Source: Candidatus Latescibacterota bacterium
GTDB taxonomy: Bacteria; Latescibacterota; CBDEFO01
Direction of reading: 5' to 3'
DNA: 64,000 nt
Assembly (NCBI GenBank): GCA_965248755.1
Contig: OZ252149.1
Coordinates: 3,040,001 to 3,104,000, forward strand
Below the pieces are notes generated by a model. The model was not told where the DNA came from. It was given only the letters and a program-made list of their open reading frames with translations, and ran no database searches. Every line of letters begins with the position of its first letter. The first letter of the stretch is position 1. Position numbers and translations under genes: made by a program. Below are positions 18,900 to 29,089 of the stretch, piece after piece.

Positions 18900-20057
18900 A
18901 TGAAACGAGGCATCGCCACATTTACGCTGGACACCGGCCGCTGTCCGCGCTGGTTGTTTGAACGCATGGTTAAGTTAGGGCGGGAGATGGCGCGGGTGAT
19001 TGTGATTGAGCACGGACCGGATGAATTTGTCAAACGCATCGCAGATCCAGTCTGGTTTCAATCCCTGGGAACGGTGCTGGCTTTCGATTGGAATGCCTCG
19101 GGCCTGACAACAATTCTGACCGCCTCTTTGAAAGAAGCAATTCGCGGGCAGGAGCGCGACCTGGGCATCTTCATCTGCGGCGGCAAGGGCAGAACCTCAC
19201 GAAAAACCCCGGACGAAATCCAATCCTGGGGAGAGAGATTATGTTTGCCCGATCCGCATATAGAAAACCTGGTCTATAATTCCCGCATGAGCGCCAAAGT
19301 AGACAGCTCACTGGTGCAAGACGATTATCAAATCTATCATCACAGCTTCTTCTTTTCACTAAACGGTTCCTGGGCAGTTGTGCAGCAGGGCATGAACGAA
19401 GCCAATGCCACAGCCAGACGCTACCATTGGTTTTCGGAGAATATCAAAGATTTGGTCTGTGAACCTCACGTCGGCATCGCTTCACAAAGAGGGCGACAGA
19501 TGACGCTCAATTTGACCGCCAAAAAGAGCACCGATACTCGCGAAACGAGCGTCAAGGTCATCGGCGAAGGTTACCGACCACTGATAAAGGAGATAGAGAT
19601 CATCCGTGAGCACTCCTCGCCTTTAAGCCAAATGGTTGCGCTTCGATATAAAGACGAAGAAATGAGTCTGCTAAACATAGAAAATAGAGAATTTAAAGTT
19701 CATCCCGTTATATACGAGGATTTCGCCAAAAGCAAGTATCTGGAGAAGATATTGGCCAAACTTTGCGACAAGGTTCCTGAAAATTACGAGCAGTTGCTAG
19801 CCACCCGGGGCGTCGGTCCTAAAACAGTGCGGGCTCTTGCGCTGGTGGCAGAGATTCTTTACGGCGCTGTGCCCTCGTATGAAGACCCGGCTCGCTACTC
19901 CTTTGCTCACGGCGGCAAAGACGCCACGCCGTATCCAGTTGACTGCGCGACCTACGATAAGACTATTTCTATAATGAAAGAGGTAGTGAACAAGAGCCGC
20001 ATTGCAGTTAGCGAAAAGAACAAAGCTATTAAGAGACTGAGTGATGATCCACATTGA
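18900..20057 (+). CDS. DUF763 family protein
   Basis: DPVWFQSLG..DW..SG.TT, AKVD, QQGM, HhH GVGPKT, FAHGGKD motifs. Confidence 0.85.
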   Translation: MKRGIATFTLDTGRCPRWLFERMVKLGREMARVIVIEHGPDEFVKRIADPVWFQSLGTVLAFDWNASGLTTILTASLKEAIRGQERDLGIFICGGKGRTSRKTPDEIQSWGERLCLPDPHIENLVYNSRMSAKVDSSLVQDDYQIYHHSFFFSLNGSWAVVQQGMNEANATARRYHWFSENIKDLVCEPHVGIASQRGRQMTLNLTAKKSTDTRETSVKVIGEGYRPLIKEIEIIREHSSPLSQMVALRYKDEEMSLLNIENREFKVHPVIYEDFAKSKYLEKILAKLCDKVPENYEQLLATRGVGPKTVRALALVAEILYGAVPSYEDPARYSFAHGGKDATPYPVDCATYDKTISIMKEVVNKSRIAVSEKNKAIKRLSDDPH

Positions 20058-20125
20058 TATTAGACATTTGGGGATTCTGGCGTGGATGAGTATACTTCAC
20101 GGACTTTCATCAGGAATGAGAAGAC

Positions 20126-21320
20126 GTGCCCAAACTTTCCGCAGTGTCATTCTTACTTTTCTTGTGCGGATGCGGCGTAACACTCACCGACTTTGTCAAA
20201 TGCGGGGCACGTTGCCCGTCCCCGCTACGGAGCCAACGTGTGACCTCAGGTCGCTGTCGAAACTAGATGGGGGCCCTTCAGATGAGTGAGGTGCAGTAGC
20301 GGAATGAACGTCTTGATCATGGGTGGCACCACGTTCTTTGGCAAAAGGCTTGTCACGCATCTGCTGGACAAAGGGTGTCAGGTGACGATCGCCACCCGCG
20401 GAAGCACACCTGACTCTTTCGGAGATCGAGTTGCGCGGGTGCGTTTCGACCGAACCAGCCTTGCCAGCATGGAGGCGGCGTTTTCGGCTTCACGTTTCGA
20501 CACGGTCTTTGACCAGATCGGCTTTGCGCCGGACGACGTGGCAGATGCCTGCCGTGTCTTTGCGGGCAAGATTGGTCACTACGTCTTTACCTCCAGCAAT
20601 GCGGTATATGCTTTTCCGGGTTCGCGTCTGTTAGAAGAGGCTTTCGATCCTATGTCTATCTCACCGGGAAGCGGACGCAAGACAAAACTGGGCTATTCCG
20701 AAGGCAAAAGACAGGCAGAAGCGTATCTCTTTCAACACGCGCCGTTCCCGGTTGCGGCGGCACGATTCCCCATCGTTCTGGGACCAGATGACCCCACGGA
20801 TCGGGTCCAGTTCCACGTCGAGCGGGTGATGCAGGGGAAGCCGATCGTGGTCAGCAGGCCGTGCGGGCGGCTGACCTACGTCGAAGCCAACGACGCCGGC
20901 CGGTTTCTGGTATGGCTGGGGCTTACGGGTCGCGTCGGTCCCTATAACGGTGCGTCCACCTATGCTTTAGATGCTGCCGAGATGGTCGAACGGATTGCGC
21001 AGGTTTTGGGACAGGTGCCGAAGTTAGTCCCGCGCGGCAGGAAGCTGGACCATTCGCCCTATTGGTGCTCCGAGGACGATTGGACGCTCGATATGGCGAA
21101 GACGGAACGTGAGGGATTTCACTTCACGCCCTTCGACGAATGGTTCCCCGAGGTGGTGCGCGCGACTGCGCAAGGTGATGTCTAGCGTCGTAAACCGGCG
21201 GCGATCCCCTGGGGAATATCCTCCGAAGCCTGAGGACTATGATGCTTTGGTCTTCTTTGAGGGTGATCGTCTCGCGGAAGAATTTGAGATAATTGCGATA
21301 GTTCGTGCTGTACAGAAAAG
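20126..21320 (+). pseudogene. Split paralog of the lipoprotein at 21330 (5' part 20126-20206, 3' part from 21208)
   Basis: MPKLSAVSFLLFLCGCGVTLTDFVKCG | PGEYPPKPEDYDALVFFEGD aligns to the intact MPKFL..CGCGATLTDFIRSGPEAYPPKPEDYDVLVYFEGD. Confidence 0.8.
20286..21185 (+). CDS. NAD-dependent epimerase/dehydratase family
   Basis: GGTTFFG, YSEGK; visibly GC-richer than its flanks. Confidence 0.88.
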   Translation: MRCSSGMNVLIMGGTTFFGKRLVTHLLDKGCQVTIATRGSTPDSFGDRVARVRFDRTSLASMEAAFSASRFDTVFDQIGFAPDDVADACRVFAGKIGHYVFTSSNAVYAFPGSRLLEEAFDPMSISPGSGRKTKLGYSEGKRQAEAYLFQHAPFPVAAARFPIVLGPDDPTDRVQFHVERVMQGKPIVVSRPCGRLTYVEANDAGRFLVWLGLTGRVGPYNGASTYALDAAEMVERIAQVLGQVPKLVPRGRKLDHSPYWCSEDDWTLDMAKTEREGFHFTPFDEWFPEVVRATAQGDV

Positions 21321-21329
21321 AGAAAAGAC

Positions 21330-21698
21330 ATGCCAAAATTCCTTGTAGTTATCTGCCTATGCTTATTCTGCGGATGCGGTGCAACGCTCACCGACTTTAT
21401 CAGGAGCGGGCCTGAAGCATATCCTCCGAAGCCTGAGGACTACGATGTTTTAGTGTACTTTGAAGGTGATAGTCCGACAGAGGAATTTGAGATGATTGGG
21501 ATGGTATACGCTGAAAAAGAAGCCGATTCCGAGTCTCACTGGGATCTGGTCAAACCTGAAGAGATAGTTCAACTCTTAAAGGAGGTGGCCAGAAAGCACG
21601 GGGCTGACGCTATTCTGGATGTGAAAATCACCTCTGCTGAGCACAAGACCAGGGACTGGAAAAGAGGCGAAGCAAAGGCAATTATCTTTATCGAGTAA
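21330..21698 (+). CDS. Putative lipoprotein (YbjQ/DUF4156-like fold)
   Basis: Lipobox-like FCGC; ARKHGADAI motif. Confidence 0.7.
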   Translation: MPKFLVVICLCLFCGCGATLTDFIRSGPEAYPPKPEDYDVLVYFEGDSPTEEFEMIGMVYAEKEADSESHWDLVKPEEIVQLLKEVARKHGADAILDVKITSAEHKTRDWKRGEAKAIIFIE

Positions 21699-21756
21699 CC
21701 CACGTTGAGTAAAAGACAAGCCAAAATAGACAGTATGTAGGTATCCCTGCCTTCTC

Positions 21757-22725
21757 TTGTTGGCTGTCTGCTTGAAAAGAGGAAATAGCTTGGAGTTAGG
21801 AAGTCTATACCTAATCTTTACGAGCTTTTCGAGGTCGGCGGTAACGATGTCTGTTCCGCTGTTGATGACGTCACTTGGGGAGATATTTGCAGAGCGCTCA
21901 GGTGTCATAAACATCGGGCTTGAGGGAATGATGCTATCTGGCGCCTTCTTCGGGATGGTCGGCTCATATTATACAGGTAATCCCTGGGTCGGCCTTATTA
22001 TAGGATCTTTAGGAGGTGTGACTTTAGCCCTTATCTTTTCCCTTTTGTCCATCTCACTCGGCGCAGATCAGGTAGTGGTCGGGACGGCAGTCAATATATT
22101 CGCCTTAGGCATAACGGGAGTCCTATATAGAGCGATGTTCGGCGTTACTGGCGCGGCACTGATGGTGGAGATGTTCCAGACAGAAAATATTCCCTTCATA
22201 AAGGACATACCCTTTTTCGGACCGGTGTTCTTCCAGCATAACCTGCTTGTCTATATGGCCTTCGTGTCTGTACCGATAGCTGCGTTTATACTATTTAGGA
22301 CGAAGGTGGGGCTTCACATCAGAGCGGTTGGAGAGCATCCACAGGCGGCGGACACATCGGGCATAGACGTGGTGAAGATGCGCTACATATGCGTCCTTAT
22401 AAGCGGATTTGCGGCGGGCTGTGCGGGGAGTTATCTTTCGCTGGCGCATTCAAATACGTTCATTGAGGGGATGTCCGCGGGGAGAGGATTTCTAGCGTTA
22501 GCTATCGTCATATTCGGAAAGTGGCATCCGTGGGGGGCGTTAGGAGCGGCGCTCTTTTTCGGAGCCGCCAACGCCCTTCAGTTTCAGTTTCAGGCCTTGG
22601 GATTGGATGTCCCCTACCAGTTCTTTTTGATGTTGCCCTACATCCTTACACTGTTGGTTTTAGCGGGATTCGTGGGACGCTCCACAGCTCCTGCTGCCTT
22701 AGCCAAACCCTACAGGAGAGAATGA
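21757..22725 (+). CDS. ABC transporter permease (nucleoside/sugar type; start probably TTG 21790)
   Basis: ERSGVINIGLEGMM, RAVGEHP, GRGFLALA, LPY motifs. Confidence 0.9.
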   Translation: MLAVCLKRGNSLELGSLYLIFTSFSRSAVTMSVPLLMTSLGEIFAERSGVINIGLEGMMLSGAFFGMVGSYYTGNPWVGLIIGSLGGVTLALIFSLLSISLGADQVVVGTAVNIFALGITGVLYRAMFGVTGAALMVEMFQTENIPFIKDIPFFGPVFFQHNLLVYMAFVSVPIAAFILFRTKVGLHIRAVGEHPQAADTSGIDVVKMRYICVLISGFAAGCAGSYLSLAHSNTFIEGMSAGRGFLALAIVIFGKWHPWGALGAALFFGAANALQFQFQALGLDVPYQFFLMLPYILTLLVLAGFVGRSTAPAALAKPYRRE

Positions 22726-23609
22726 TGAGCAAACGGGACTCCCCACAAGTTTTGGAACGCAACGGAGAACTTTCTGGGGAAAAAGATACGGTATTTTTAT
22801 CCCGCACAGTGGCATTTGAGGCGTCGCACCGCTACTGTGACCCGGACCTTTCAAAAGAGGAAAACCTGAGACTTTTCGGCAAGTGCTACAATCCCTATGG
22901 ACACGGGCACAACTACGTCTGTGAGGCCACGGTAGCAGGAAAGGTAGAGTCTTCAACCGGGATGGTGATGGATATCAAGGGCCTGGACGATATAATGAAG
23001 AGCGTTATAAACAGCGAATTGGATCACAAGTTCATAAACGAGGACCATCCGTATTTCAAAGATAAAAACCCCACTACTGAGAACATAGCCATATATCTAT
23101 GGGATCGGTTGGAGGAAAAGATAGAAACGTGCAAGCTATTCAAGGTCAAAGTGGAGGAAGAGGAGAACCTATTTTCAGAATACTACGGAAGTGAGAACAA
23201 GATGGTATACCTTACAAGAATTTTCGATTTTTGCGCGGCTCACAGGCTCCACAGCCAAAAGTTAAGCAATGAGGAGAACAAAGAAGTCTTTGGAAAATGC
23301 AACAACCCCAACGGCCACGGGCACAACTACCGCTTGGAGGTTGTCGTTAAGGGAGAGATAGACCCCAATACGGGAATGTCAGTAGATCTGGGCTATGTAG
23401 ACAGCGTGGTCGAGGACAGGATAATAAAAAGGCTCGACCACAAGCATCTGAATATGGACGTGGACGAGTTCAAGGATTTGAACCCGACGTCTGAGAACGT
23501 CGTTATGGTTATATGGGATCTGTTAGATGAGCAGATGCCCCGGGGTTCGCTCTATAAGATCAGGCTCTGGGAAACGCGCAAAAGCTGCTTTGAATATTTG
23601 GGAGAATAG
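22722..23609 (+). CDS. Tandem-domain 6-pyruvoyl/6-carboxy-tetrahydropterin synthase
   Basis: Two domains, each with F.A.HR..GKC.NP.GHGHNY..DH..PT.EN..E. Confidence 0.88.
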   Translation: MMSKRDSPQVLERNGELSGEKDTVFLSRTVAFEASHRYCDPDLSKEENLRLFGKCYNPYGHGHNYVCEATVAGKVESSTGMVMDIKGLDDIMKSVINSELDHKFINEDHPYFKDKNPTTENIAIYLWDRLEEKIETCKLFKVKVEEEENLFSEYYGSENKMVYLTRIFDFCAAHRLHSQKLSNEENKEVFGKCNNPNGHGHNYRLEVVVKGEIDPNTGMSVDLGYVDSVVEDRIIKRLDHKHLNMDVDEFKDLNPTSENVVMVIWDLLDEQMPRGSLYKIRLWETRKSCFEYLGE

Positions 23610-23614
23610 CTTGT

Positions 23615-24334
23615 ATGGGAGACCTTGCGGGTAAAGTAGCAGTGGTGACGGGAGCAAGCAGGGGGATAGGCAGGCAGGTCGCCGTGCTCCTGGCTCAAGA
23701 GGGTGCAAGTGTAGTCCTTGCGGCTCGGACTGAACAGGATCTTGCACTGACGGCAGATGAGATACAGAGCAAAGGGGGAGACGCCTTTTCTGTTCGTACG
23801 GATATAACAGATGAGAGGCAGGTGGAAAATCTTATAGAGGAGGCAATCTCGCGCTACGCTGGAATCGACGCCCTTTGCAACGCTTCCGGATTCGGAGCCT
23901 TCGCCTCTATCACAGAGTCGAAGACGGAGGACTGGGACAGGATGATGGACGCAAATTTAAGGGGAATGTACCTTTGCTCCAAGTACGCCCTCAAACACAT
24001 GCTCGAAAGAGAAAGCGGTCACATCGTAAACGTAATCTCCATCGCGGCGAGAGTCCCTTTCAAATTTGCAAGCGGATATTGCGCCTCCAAGTTCGGGGCT
24101 TTGGGATTTACAAAGGTTTTGTCAGAGGAGGTAAGAGACAAAGGCATAAGGGTCACAGCTGTGTGCCCCGGAGCCACGGATACCCCCTTTTGGGATAGCA
24201 TAGAAGAAAAGCCCTCAAGAGAAGATATGACGCCGCCAGAAAGGGTGGCTGAGACCGTCTTGTTTGTTCTCTCACAAAAAGAAGGAATAACCACAGACGA
24301 GATATGGATGACACCACCGTTAGGAGTGTTATAA
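23615..24334 (+). CDS. SDR-family oxidoreductase
   Basis: TGASRGIG, YCASK. Confidence 0.9.
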   Translation: MGDLAGKVAVVTGASRGIGRQVAVLLAQEGASVVLAARTEQDLALTADEIQSKGGDAFSVRTDITDERQVENLIEEAISRYAGIDALCNASGFGAFASITESKTEDWDRMMDANLRGMYLCSKYALKHMLERESGHIVNVISIAARVPFKFASGYCASKFGALGFTKVLSEEVRDKGIRVTAVCPGATDTPFWDSIEEKPSREDMTPPERVAETVLFVLSQKEGITTDEIWMTPPLGVL

Positions 24335-25266
24335 TGGACAGAAGAGATTTCCTTAAAACTACCCTTGTCGGATCGGCGGGCATCGGACTCGGCAATTATA
24401 CAGAGAGCTTTGCCAGAGGTTATGACGAGATACCTAAAAGGCGTCTCGGAAAGACCGACCAGATGGTGACCATAATCGGACTCGGCGGAGCGCATTTGAA
24501 CATACCAGATGAGCAGGGGGCGCAACGGATCGTCCATAAGGCTCTGGACTTCGGGGTCAACTTCTTCGACAACGCCTGGAACTATGGCCACGGTGTATGC
24601 GAGGAGAGATTGGGCAGGGGGTTGGGGAAAAGGCGGAAAGGCGTCTTCGTGATGAGCAAAGATACGAACAGAAGGCAAAAAGAGGCATGGGATCACATTC
24701 ACGAGAGCCTGAGACGCCTTAATACCGATTACATAGACCTCTGGCAGTTTCACGGGATAGATACCCCTGGAGATGTGCAAACTATCTTCGGCCCTGGCGG
24801 AGCGATGGAGGCCGCCGACAGGGCGAAAAGAGAGGGAAAGATAAGGTATATAGGAATAACAGGTCATCGCGATCCACAGGCGTTCTTGGAGGCCCTGAAG
24901 TACCACGAGCATCTATCTACCTTCCAGATACCCATAAACCCTGTAGACCCTAACTATTTAAGCTTTATAGAGCTTATCCTTCCGGAGCTGGTCAAGAATG
25001 ACGTAGGCGTTTTGGCTATGAAGACCACAGCGGGGGGCAATCTGGTCACAAAGGGCGCGGCGACCGCTGAAGAATGTCTCAGATATGTCTGGAGTCTCCC
25101 TGTGTCAATGATTATATCCGGGTGCGAAAAGGTGCGGTTTTTAGAGGAGAACGTAAACTCTGCTAAATCTTTCAGCCCGATGTCAAAAGAGGAAATGGAC
25201 GCTCTAGTAAAGAGACTGAAGCCTTTTAAAGGCACCCGCGTGGAAACCTATAAGAAGGCTGTTTGA
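24334..25266 (+). CDS. Aldo/keto reductase with twin-arginine signal
   Basis: MDRRDFLK, FFDNAWNY, SK, DYIDLWQFH. Confidence 0.88.
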   Translation: MDRRDFLKTTLVGSAGIGLGNYTESFARGYDEIPKRRLGKTDQMVTIIGLGGAHLNIPDEQGAQRIVHKALDFGVNFFDNAWNYGHGVCEERLGRGLGKRRKGVFVMSKDTNRRQKEAWDHIHESLRRLNTDYIDLWQFHGIDTPGDVQTIFGPGGAMEAADRAKREGKIRYIGITGHRDPQAFLEALKYHEHLSTFQIPINPVDPNYLSFIELILPELVKNDVGVLAMKTTAGGNLVTKGAATAEECLRYVWSLPVSMIISGCEKVRFLEENVNSAKSFSPMSKEEMDALVKRLKPFKGTRVETYKKAV

Positions 25267-25513
25267 CAGGATACAACGAGATTACTTCGGGGCGAGTGCC
25301 CTTGCTATGACGCTGAGGATACCCTTGGAAATGACAGACCTAAGCAACGTCATTGTAAGTCCCTTACGACTGTCATTGCGAGCCAAGCCAAGCAATCCCC
25401 GACCTCCGATGGGGAACCTCCGATAGATTCAATCGGGGACAATCTCCAGGGAGGGGAAGTTCTCCCCTGTCTACTGTCTGCTGCCTACTGTCTACTTCTT
25501 TAAGGAGGAAGAT

Positions 25514-26740
25514 ATGCCCACATATAAAGTGTTGATGTTCCTTTCTGTCGTTTTCTTGGCATCTGGATGTACCACCACCGATCAGCAGATAAGGAATGTG
25601 ATAGACAGAGCAGCCTGGGCTTCAAAAGGATCTGATATGTGGAACAAAACGATGCAAGATCTGATCGAATTCGACAGGACATCGGCCAGAAAGATAATCG
25701 CCTGGCTTCCGGACGCGTGGTACATAGGCAAGAACTTCAGAGAGCATAAAGATGAAAGGAACAATATCCGACTTGCGGCAGCTACTCTGTTAGGCACGAT
25801 AAGATATAAACCTGCCGCTGCTACGCTGTTGCCGTACCTTTCAGATGCATATCCCGACGATGTACGCAAAAAGATGGCGTGGGCGCTCGGGGAGATAGAA
25901 AATGAGGCTATAGAACCGGAGAATATAGATGCCCTTTTTAAAAGCGACAACTACGAACTCCACATGGCTGCAGCCGTAGCCCTGTGCAAGTTAGGATACG
26001 AATACGGATGTGAGGCGCTGATAGAGGGCCTAAAGAGAGAAGACTCCAACGATTCCAGGATAGCGTCGGATGGGATCAAAGATGCGGGACATCACTCTGT
26101 GCGGGCTCTTGTATCGTCTTTAGGGGATAAAGAAAATAAGGAAATAGGAGAAAACATTCAAGATATTTTACGTGATATGAGGGACGCCCTGATAACAGAT
26201 CTCAAAAGTGACGATGATTCAGTTCGCAGAAACTCCGCCAGGGCGCTTGGGCCTATAGGTGACATGTCCGCATTGGATCCTCTACTACCTCTTCTGAACG
26301 ACGAGGAGAACATGGTTCAGCTGTGGGCCGCTACTTCGCTCAGCCAGCTTGGCAACAAGAAGGGAACAGACTACCTCTTGAACGCCCTCAAAAGCCAGGA
26401 TAATATAAGCAGGTTCAGCGCTATAGATGCTTTAATAGAGGCCGGGAGTACTTTAGAACATCAGTTGATAAGTACACTGAAGGATAGTGATGCGCTGATC
26501 CGCTCATCTGCCGCGCAGGCTCTGGGGAGAATTTCGGCAAAAGGCGCTGTCTTTGCACTTATCGAGGCTCTTGGCGACACATCTGCTGCTGTCCGCTGGA
26601 ATGCGGCCCTGGCATTAGGAAAGATAGGCGATAAGCAGGCATTAGAACCCCTTCGAGACCACCTCAACGATAGCGACAAGAGCGTTTCCTACTATGCAGA
26701 GTGGGCATCAAACAAGATCGAGAAGGTAGCTGATAACTGA
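25514..26740 (+). CDS. HEAT-repeat lipoprotein
   Basis: LASGC lipobox; repeated VR..AA.ALG.IG motifs. Confidence 0.85.
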   Translation: MPTYKVLMFLSVVFLASGCTTTDQQIRNVIDRAAWASKGSDMWNKTMQDLIEFDRTSARKIIAWLPDAWYIGKNFREHKDERNNIRLAAATLLGTIRYKPAAATLLPYLSDAYPDDVRKKMAWALGEIENEAIEPENIDALFKSDNYELHMAAAVALCKLGYEYGCEALIEGLKREDSNDSRIASDGIKDAGHHSVRALVSSLGDKENKEIGENIQDILRDMRDALITDLKSDDDSVRRNSARALGPIGDMSALDPLLPLLNDEENMVQLWAATSLSQLGNKKGTDYLLNALKSQDNISRFSAIDALIEAGSTLEHQLISTLKDSDALIRSSAAQALGRISAKGAVFALIEALGDTSAAVRWNAALALGKIGDKQALEPLRDHLNDSDKSVSYYAEWASNKIEKVADN

Positions 26741-26898
26741 ATAGGACTCGCAAGGTAGCGGACAGCGTACGGATATAGGCAGTCTGAGTGAGATTACGCC
26801 CCCGGACCTCCGATAGAGTCAATCGGGGGTGTTGACAATGGCAGTTTAGGATTAGGGGAATTGCCCTGTCTACTGACCACTATTTACTGGAGAAACGA

Positions 26899-27036
26899 CT
26901 TGCCTATTTTGAGCATAAAAAACATAACTAAAAAGTTCGAGAGCTTAAGCGCGGTAAGCGACATAAGCGTGGACGTAGAAAAAGGGAACATCGTCAGTTT
27001 GATAGGCCCAAACGGAGCTGGAAAGAACAACCTATT
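26899..27036 (+). pseudogene. livG: N-terminal fragment of a LivG-like ABC ATPase, cut by a MITE
   Basis: LSIKNITKKF..AV.DIS..LIGPNGAGK..LFN, then MITE sequence. Confidence 0.75.
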
Positions 27037-27145
27037 TAACCCGATTAAGCATAAACTTGCTGGAGTCATTGCGAGGAGCAAAGCGGTCCCCGATTGAGTC
27101 TATCGGGGAAGCAATCTCAAGGTTTTATAGTGGTCTCCTATGAGA
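27037..27145 (+). mobile_element. MITE copy A (truncated)
   Basis: Matches the first ~110 bp of the copy at 34463. Confidence 0.85.
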
Positions 27146-27485
27146 GTGGGGTTAGGTCCCATATGGGATTAGGTCCCACATGGGATTAGGTCTCACATGG
27201 GGTTAGGTTCCACATGGGATTAGGTCCCAAATGGGATTAGGTCCCACATGGGATTGGGTCCCACATGGGATTAGGTTCCACATGGGATTAGGTCCCACAT
27301 GGGATTGGGTCCCACATGGGATTAGGTCTCACATGGGATTAGGTCCCAAATGGGATTAGGTCTCACATGGGATTAGGTCCCACATGGGATTAGGTCCCAC
27401 ATGGGATTAGGTCCCACATGGGATTAGGTCTCACATGGGATTGGGTCCCACATGGGATTAGGTCCCACATGGGATTGGGTCCCAA
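27146..27485 (+). repeat. 20 x 17-bp tandem array, consensus ATGGGATTAGGTCCCAC
   Basis: Exact 17-bp period, no spacers; unit contains a TGGGA/TCCCA inverted repeat. Confidence 0.97.
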
Positions 27486-27687
27486 ATTTGTGTCGAGGAT
27501 AGCAGATATTATAAATCAGATACATAAAAAAGGTATCACGGTTTTGCTCGTCGAACAGAACGCTACTTTAGCCCTGCACCTTGCTAACAGAGGATATGTC
27601 CTGGAGACGGGCAGAATAACTATAAAAGGCAAGGCATCAGACCTTGCACAAGACAGTCGCCCAAAGGAGGCCTATTTGGGTAATTAG
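27469..27687 (+). pseudogene. livF: C-terminal fragment of a LivF-like ABC ATPase
   Basis: MGLGPKFV..TVLLVEQNA..AL..A.RGYVLETG..EAYLG. Confidence 0.85.
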
Positions 27688-27720
27688 CCCTTTTGCAGAT
27701 AGCGTCTCTTCAAAAATGTG

Positions 27721-27749
27721 TTGACATAACATAGATAAGTGGCTATATT
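27721..27749 (+). promoter_or_regulatory. Sigma70 promoter
   Basis: TTGACA-N17-TATATT. Confidence 0.7.
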
Positions 27750-27895
27750 TTGTGGAAATCGATCATCAAGTGTAACTCTTTACAACAAAACTGTAACAGT
27801 AAGTTTCCAAAAGTATCGAAGTAGACAGACAGTAGATAGTGAGGAGAGGAAACCCTCTTTACTGCTGCTGTCTGCTTACAAAAAGGGAGGGAACA

Positions 27896-29089
27896 TTGCA
27901 AGATTTACGCTTCGACATTCGGGACATCTTCAGCGCTTCTCGGCTCGGCTCAAGCGGTAATAAGATATGGATAGCATTCCTCGGTATCGCCGCTGGTTAC
28001 GTCGTCCACTTCATCCTTACGCACATAGCCATCCTAGCTGGCAGCTCAAAGTCAATCGGCACAATTTGGGATACCTACGGCCTCTTTCCCAGAGTGATTG
28101 GGATGGACTTGAGCTGGCACGGCTGCGTCTTCATCGTTTTGGGGTATGTGATTGTCCTGGCCATTCTGCTCTTTACATCAGCTATGATATGCAAGGTAGC
28201 CTATCAACAGCTCAAGGGGGACGACTTCTATTCTTCAGGAGACGCCTTTAAATTTGCCAGAGGAAACTGGAGAGCTGCCATCCTTTCCCCGTTTTTCGTA
28301 CTCTTTATGATCGCTTTCCTGGTGGTATGCGCTATAATAATAGGTGTCATCGCACACTATATACCGTATGTGGGCGAGGTAGCCTTTGCAGTCTTCCTTT
28401 TGCCGATATTCCTTGTATCTTTGATAACTATCTACATGGTGCTTGTCTTCTTGGCATCCCTCTTTCTTGCCCCCGCCATAGTGGGGACTGCTGAGGAGGA
28501 CACCATAGGGACCGTTATGGAGTCTTTCTCGACAGTGTGGTGCCAACCCTGGAGGCTGATCCTGTACGGGGTTTGGCTTAAGTTAATCGTGGTTCTTGTG
28601 ACGGTCATATTCGGTTTTTTCGTCCTTCAGGCTCTGATCCTTATCAACGGAGCGCTCGGCCTTTTCATGGGTGAAAAGTTGGCGTTTATGATGAAAGCCG
28701 CGCTGTGGTATATCCCCGAGAATCTCTTTTGCTTCTTCAAGGGTGGCCCGGCGTATCTCAGCCTGCGGACGTACCTTCCCGACGTCGAGACTGATCCAAC
28801 GGGAGTTCTCCTTTGGTCAGGCAGAATATTAGCTATTATGCTTTTGACAGTCATAGGAATAGTATATTCCTATTCCTTGAGCGTGTTCAGTTCCGGTCAG
28901 GCCATTATATATCTGATTTTGAAGAAGAAGAAGGATCAGGATAACCTGCTGGAAAGGAAGGATACAGAGCCACAGGAAGAACCGGTTGAGACAACGGATA
29001 CAGAATCAACGGATACGGAATCTACGGATACAGAATCAAAAGAAGAAGAGGGAAAGGGTTCGGGCAAAGAAGGAGAGGAGAGCTCATAA
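27896..29089 (+). CDS. Polytopic membrane protein with acidic tail (TDTES x3)
   Basis: GGGAGG RBS before TTG 27896; about 6 hydrophobic segments. Confidence 0.75.
   Translation: MQDLRFDIRDIFSASRLGSSGNKIWIAFLGIAAGYVVHFILTHIAILAGSSKSIGTIWDTYGLFPRVIGMDLSWHGCVFIVLGYVIVLAILLFTSAMICKVAYQQLKGDDFYSSGDAFKFARGNWRAAILSPFFVLFMIAFLVVCAIIIGVIAHYIPYVGEVAFAVFLLPIFLVSLITIYMVLVFLASLFLAPAIVGTAEEDTIGTVMESFSTVWCQPWRLILYGVWLKLIVVLVTVIFGFFVLQALILINGALGLFMGEKLAFMMKAALWYIPENLFCFFKGGPAYLSLRTYLPDVETDPTGVLLWSGRILAIMLLTVIGIVYSYSLSVFSSGQAIIYLILKKKKDQDNLLERKDTEPQEEPVETTDTESTDTESTDTESKEEEGKGSGKEGEESS

Noticed and set aside
22521..22721. N-terminal extension of the PTPS ORF
   Set aside because: Overlaps the permease gene; ATG 22722 with an AGGAG RBS is the better start
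27418..27468. Repeat-encoded N-terminus of an 89-aa ORF
   Set aside because: Translation of the tandem array; only the livF part is gene-derived
27146..27485. CRISPR array
   Set aside because: Units are contiguous with no unique spacers, only 17 bp long, and no cas genes are present
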